Below are positions 59,684 through 64,000 of a DNA stretch of 64,000 nucleotides, piece after piece. This stretch comes from Candidatus Sumerlaeales bacterium (GTDB taxonomy: Bacteria > Sumerlaeota > Sumerlaeia > Sumerlaeales > Sumerlaeaceae). Numbering within the stretch: position 1 is the stretch's first letter; each line of letters opens with the position of its first letter. The DNA lies in the NCBI GenBank assembly GCA_038243585.1, contig JBBSQY010000016.1:1-64000 (forward strand), in the 5' to 3' direction. The translations under genes and the position numbers were made by a program. The notes beneath the pieces were generated by a model. It saw only the letters and a list, made by a program, of their open reading frames with translations. It was not told where the DNA came from and did not search any database.

Positions 59684-60796
59684 CTAACGGCGAGTGCGAT
59701 AGATCCCGAACGCAAAAACTCCCAGCGCTAGAATGGCCACCAGACCGCCTACAATTAAGGGTGTCTTCGACTGATCGATACTCATCCATGAATTAGGATC
59801 CTTCTGAGATTCCAGTTTACCCGCACTGGCGGTTGTGCTTTCATTGCCAGTCATGGCGTCTGCAGATGAAGCTTTCCGGTCCCCCGAAAGTTGATCAGGT
59901 GCAGAATTTTGAGTATTCTTCAAAGCCTCCACTGTGGCACTGGCCCTGGCGTCTTTTTCCGCCTTGCGCGCAGCTTCGCCTTCTAATTTTTTTGCCTTTT
60001 CTGCGGCAATCACTTTGGCCGCCAGCAAAAATTCCTGCTGGGCCACATCCGGGCTTTCAAGCACCATGGCTTCGAGTTGTTCCGGCGTCAGTGAACTGAA
60101 ATTCTGCCTGGCTCCTTCCGGCAGGTAAAAACCGGGCCGTGCGAGAGCTTCGATTTTTTGCTCTGCGGTGAGATAGGGCTGATTTAGAATCTGCGAAACT
60201 AGTTTGCCGTTAAGAGATGACTGAGACAGTACGTTGCCATCTTTGTCTGTCACAGTAAGACGCGCGTATGGGCCTGCCAGCGGATCAGGCTCGACAATTA
60301 TATCCCGGTCATTCCCCTGCAGGGCCGTTTTCTGTACCTCAGTCGCGTCGGCGCTGGCGTCCGGAAACATCTGGTCCATGAAATTATCGGCCATGCCGGC
60401 GTTCATTTTTTCGTAGTTTTTAAGGTTCTGCAATATAGCGGCGTCATTGCGGGCCGCCTGAAGGTTTATTTCCAGAAAGCTGGTGGAGACATAAACTGGT
60501 TCCGTCCCATCGGTTGGATAGATGACGGAGAATCCTTCATGATCGGTGCTCGGGGCGTAGGAAAACCCATCATGTGTGCCACTTGCCGGAGGCGGCGGCT
60601 TATAGCCAGGAGACCCTGGAGGTGGGGGCTGGGGGGGAGGAGAATTATCAAACGGAGCGGGGCTGACCGGCAACTGTTGAAGTGCGGGAGGGGTGGGTAC
60701 AGGCGTAGGCGTGGTCGCTGGCTGAGCAGATACCTGAAAAGAAACTAATGCGCCAGCCAAACAGCCGGCGATTCGCAGAGTGGCCCTCATTCTCAT
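59684..60796 (-). CDS. Hypothetical exported Pro-rich protein with C-terminal TM anchor
   Basis: Signal peptide (VSA-Q), Pro-rich N-terminal region, C-terminal hydrophobic helix followed by YRTRR. Confidence 0.75.
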   Translation of the reverse strand: MRMRATLRIAGCLAGALVSFQVSAQPATTPTPVPTPPALQQLPVSPAPFDNSPPPQPPPPGSPGYKPPPPASGTHDGFSYAPSTDHEGFSVIYPTDGTEPVYVSTSFLEINLQAARNDAAILQNLKNYEKMNAGMADNFMDQMFPDASADATEVQKTALQGNDRDIIVEPDPLAGPYARLTVTDKDGNVLSQSSLNGKLVSQILNQPYLTAEQKIEALARPGFYLPEGARQNFSSLTPEQLEAMVLESPDVAQQEFLLAAKVIAAEKAKKLEGEAARKAEKDARASATVEALKNTQNSAPDQLSGDRKASSADAMTGNESTTASAGKLESQKDPNSWMSIDQSKTPLIVGGLVAILALGVFAFGIYRTRR

Positions 60797-60830
60797 TTTG
60801 CCCCTTTTGATTTTATAACCGATTAAAATA

Positions 60831-60862
60831 AAAAAGGACAGGAGACGATTATCTCCTGTCCT
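60831..60862 (-). terminator. Intrinsic terminator
   Basis: AGGACAGGAGA-CGATTA-TCTCCTGTCCT hairpin with a T-run on the minus strand. Confidence 0.8.
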
Positions 60863-60879
60863 GTTAAATGCTAACTTTT

Positions 60880-61194
60880 TCAGTGGAAATTGAAAAGTTC
60901 TGTTTCCAGAAGGAAAACCCATTTTTGCATATAATAGTCGTACACCCAGTGGCTGTATAGGGTGTTTGTATATCTATGCTGGAAGGAGTAGTCGTAGGAT
61001 CCGAAAATTGCGCCGCTACGGAATTCTTGATAGCCAAACGGATCAAAAACAACGGTCTCGTTTAGAGCGTTGGAAAGGATCGACTGGCTTTGCAGTGGTG
61101 TGTGAAAGCTGATGGCAGATGCAGATGTCGGAAATTGGGCGGCAGCAGCAAGCAGCAGTGTGGCAACAGCGGCACGGGTAAATGTTAATTTCAT
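60880..61194 (-). CDS. Small secreted aromatic-rich hypothetical protein
   Basis: GAGGAG RBS, signal peptide ending ASA, Tyr/Phe/Trp-rich mature part. Confidence 0.7.
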   Translation of the reverse strand: MKLTFTRAAVATLLLAAAAQFPTSASAISFHTPLQSQSILSNALNETVVFDPFGYQEFRSGAIFGSYDYSFQHRYTNTLYSHWVYDYYMQKWVFLLETELFNFH

Positions 61195-61585
61195 GCAATT
61201 TCTCCTCAGTGTTAAAATGTGTGTAATCCATTTATACGATACGCAGTAATCATACCGCACTGAGGAATAGGTTATGCAGCTGACGGATTTCTCAGAGCCG
61301 ACCGTTTTAAGTTCCCGCGACGGGGCCTAATCATAATGCTGATGAAACATTACTGCTCTATATTTACAACATTAATTCTGATCGGGCTGGCCCGATTCTG
61401 TACAGATCTGTCCGAAACCAAGACGTTGAGGCAGTGCCCTATATAATTCCTAAATCAGGATCATCGTGATACGCAGTGTAGAGCACATCACATAAAAGTG
61501 TTTTGTATTTGGCATTTGGGGTTTAATGAATGTGCAATTGTTGTTTACCTTATCAAATGTCACGGTCGTCGTGACTTAATTACTT

Positions 61586-63499
61586 ATGACTGAACTGCTT
61601 GAACACATCCTTGCTGATCTGAAACGCCTGCGGCTTGCCTATGAAAGGCGCGGGCTTCTGACGCTGGCGGATTCGTCACGACAGGGGCACGGCACGGCTC
61701 CGTCGCCGCTGGCGCGGGATCTTCTGCTGGCGGATGGACTTTTGCGTAACGTTGTCGGCGCTGCGGCGAAGTCTGCGCTTGATTCTGGTAATAAGCCTGC
61801 GCGCCCCTGGCAGATCACGGTTTTCGGCGGCACTCAGGTGGGCAAGAGCACGGTAATCAACGTCCTGGCCGGTCGCGAAATTGCCCGGGTTCATCATACG
61901 GCCGGCTACACGCGGCACGCGCAGGGATTTGCACCTCCTTCCATTTCTCCGCCGGACGTGCTTGCTCCGTTTCCTCGTTCTTTCCCTGGGTTTGAACGGG
62001 TTCCGCGGGAGGCGCTTTCGCTGGACCGACCTATGGAGTATTCGATTGAAACGCTGGATGCGTTAACCGCATTGCCGGACACGATTCTCTGGGACGCCCC
62101 CGACTGCGATGCAGTGGACAGCTCTCTTTTTCAACAGGGTTTTGTGGAGGCGCTCACACTTGCCGACGTGGTGGTGTATGTCACTTCTCGTGAGAAATAT
62201 GCCGTAAACGCGATCCTTGCCTGGGTGGTGCGTCTGCGGCAGGCTGGGGTACCACTTGCCGCCGTGCTGAACATGACACCTCGGCATCAGCAGGCGGAAT
62301 TGTTGGACGATATGGCGACGGCGTTACAGCGGGTTTCAGAGTCGGAGCCGGCTATCGACTCAAACCTGGCGAATCCTGCTACTGTGGCCTTTGAGTATGT
62401 GGCTGACGGCGACGTGAGCCTGCTTTATGATCCCCAATACGAACCGGCACTTCAGTTGCGAGCCCGGGCGATGGCTGCTGCAGTGGAGGGACGCCGCAGT
62501 GGGACAGAACGCAAAATTGCCGCCCTCGGCTGGATCGCGGATGCGTTACCTGCGATCCTGGAACCGGCGACTCGGGACCTGGAAGCCTGGCAACAGTGGA
62601 ACGAGCGTCTTAACCGCGCGCTTAAAGATTTTGTGGAGGATTACCGCCGGTTTTATCTGGATGATCCTCAGCGTTACGATGCCTTCAACCGGGTCGGTCT
62701 GGAAATCCTGGAACTGCTGAACCCGCCTATCCCCGGACTGGCGAAAACACTGACGGCGGTTAGAACCCTGGTTAGCCTGCCCGCTCGCGGGATCCTGTTT
62801 GGCGGAAAGGCCGTGTATCGTTTCGCAAAAAGCGGCGGGAAAAGCATGAGCCAGGTTGTAAAAATACCCCATGAAGTGGCCACTTACCAGGAAGCGCACA
62901 ATCGGCTGTTGAACGAAATGGCTCGCTATGTGGAGCAGCGCCGGCGCACACGGGAAGCGCCGGGCGAAGGTTTCTGGCAGGCGCTGGACCAGGGCTGGGA
63001 GGCCCAGGTGCCGGTGATTGATGAAGAATTTCGCGTGGCTCTGGCTGCTCACCGCGCGCGGTCTGAAGAATGGATTCGCGAGACGGCTCGGGGGATTTAT
63101 GCAGAACTGGCCCGCGAACCAGTCAAGCTGAACATTCTGCGTACCGGTCGCATAGCCGCCGATGCCGGGGCGATTGTCGTTTCCATCAAGACGGGAGGGC
63201 CTGGCGATCTCATCCACGATCTTGTTGTGGCGCCGGCGCTAATGTCCGTAATCGAAGCAATCAGCCGGCAACTGGCAGGGACGTACGTGGAACAGCGAAA
63301 AGAAGAGCTTCGCTTGCGCCTTGTTAAGGATACGACTCGTTTTGCAGATGAGGTTTATGGGCAAAAACTGCGAGAGCTGGCGGCGAGTTCTCTCGGCCGA
63401 ATCGGCCTGCTCGAAGAGGACGTCGATGCTGTTCAAACTCTGGCCGAACGAGTTCTGCGCTTGAAAAAGCAATGCCGGGACACAGGGGCGGCATCGTGA
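61586..63499 (+). CDS. Dynamin-like/TRAFAC GTPase with helical C-terminus
   Basis: G1 GGTQVGKST, G2 GYT, G3-like WDAPDCD, G4-like VLNM. Confidence 0.75.
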   Translation: MTELLEHILADLKRLRLAYERRGLLTLADSSRQGHGTAPSPLARDLLLADGLLRNVVGAAAKSALDSGNKPARPWQITVFGGTQVGKSTVINVLAGREIARVHHTAGYTRHAQGFAPPSISPPDVLAPFPRSFPGFERVPREALSLDRPMEYSIETLDALTALPDTILWDAPDCDAVDSSLFQQGFVEALTLADVVVYVTSREKYAVNAILAWVVRLRQAGVPLAAVLNMTPRHQQAELLDDMATALQRVSESEPAIDSNLANPATVAFEYVADGDVSLLYDPQYEPALQLRARAMAAAVEGRRSGTERKIAALGWIADALPAILEPATRDLEAWQQWNERLNRALKDFVEDYRRFYLDDPQRYDAFNRVGLEILELLNPPIPGLAKTLTAVRTLVSLPARGILFGGKAVYRFAKSGGKSMSQVVKIPHEVATYQEAHNRLLNEMARYVEQRRRTREAPGEGFWQALDQGWEAQVPVIDEEFRVALAAHRARSEEWIRETARGIYAELAREPVKLNILRTGRIAADAGAIVVSIKTGGPGDLIHDLVVAPALMSVIEAISRQLAGTYVEQRKEELRLRLVKDTTRFADEVYGQKLRELAASSLGRIGLLEEDVDAVQTLAERVLRLKKQCRDTGAAS

Positions 63500-63669
63500 T
63501 ACCCGCGTACACTTTATACCGCGGCGACCCGTCGCGGTCCTTCGGGGATTGGTGGGGTCCACTTAGCGTGCAGTTCAGGCGGCGTATGGTCGCCGCATAT
63601 CATGATATTGGACTGGTTGTTTGGGATCGCCGTTGGATTAAAGATTTATTGTATGGCGTGCGCCGGTGA
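63496..63669 (+). CDS. Putative 57-aa protein coupled between two GTPase genes
   Basis: GTGA start/stop overlaps at both ends (63496-99 and 63666-69). Confidence 0.5.
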   Translation: MIPAYTLYRGDPSRSFGDWWGPLSVQFRRRMVAAYHDIGLVVWDRRWIKDLLYGVRR

Positions 63670-64000
63670 ACGAAAAGTTACCGCAGTCCCTTCCTGACCG
63701 CGTGGACGCCTGGCGCGAACAACTGGCCAACGCTTCACTGCTGGAAACGGAGGCAGCCCGGGCCCTTGACAGTGCCGTTGTCGAAGCCCGCGCCGGACGA
63801 ATTGATCAGCCGCCTCCACCGCTGTTAACTGTCCTGCTTCTTGGAGCGACCGGCGGAGGGAAAAGCGCCCTGCTGAACGCGCTGGCCGGCGACACCATCG
63901 CCCGGAGTCATCATCTGCGGCCAACCACGTCACAGCCTACGATCTATATGCACCAGGATGTGAGGCCTGCTCGCCTGTTTGAATACGGCACGGAGCTGGG
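63666..64000 (+). CDS. Second GTPase-domain protein (truncated by window end)
   Basis: GTG start; translates to ...VLLLGATGGGKSALLNALAG...RPTT; open to the window end. Confidence 0.8.
   Translation, partial: MNEKLPQSLPDRVDAWREQLANASLLETEAARALDSAVVEARAGRIDQPPPPLLTVLLLGATGGGKSALLNALAGDTIARSHHLRPTTSQPTIYMHQDVRPARLFEYGTEL

Overview
Bacterial chromosomal window, moderately GC-rich by eye, about 50 genes and mostly core or metabolic. Core genes: pyrD, rpsA, a guaB3-like gene, guaA, ROK kinase, rlmD, aroE, gluQ, hisS and tRNA-Ala(GGC). Other modules: lemA/TPM/TPM, a YtrA-type GntR/ABC operon, a TroABCD/MntR metal-uptake operon with a perfect 22-bp operator, a five-gene amino-sugar-type catabolic cluster, and several secreted hydrolases. 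The most unusual items are: (1) a kaiA-less kaiC-kaiB operon coupled to a multi-PAS GGDEF-EAL protein next to the tRNA; (2) RadC fused to an N-terminal DNA-glycosylase-like domain with a four-Cys cluster motif; (3) a GxxExxY gene inside ~80-bp internally periodic inverted repeats, splitting guaB3-guaA; (4) an IS200-like Y1 transposase inside long multi-hairpin inverted repeats; (5) a duplicated pyrD 3' end with an alternative C-terminus that brackets a methyltransferase; (6) two families of GTAG-type REP elements; (7) three DnaA boxes with no dnaA in the window; (8) two tandem dynamin-like GTPases with a translationally coupled 57-aa ORF between them. No CRISPR array, rRNA or integrase was seen. 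All calls come from motif recognition by eye; no database searches were run.
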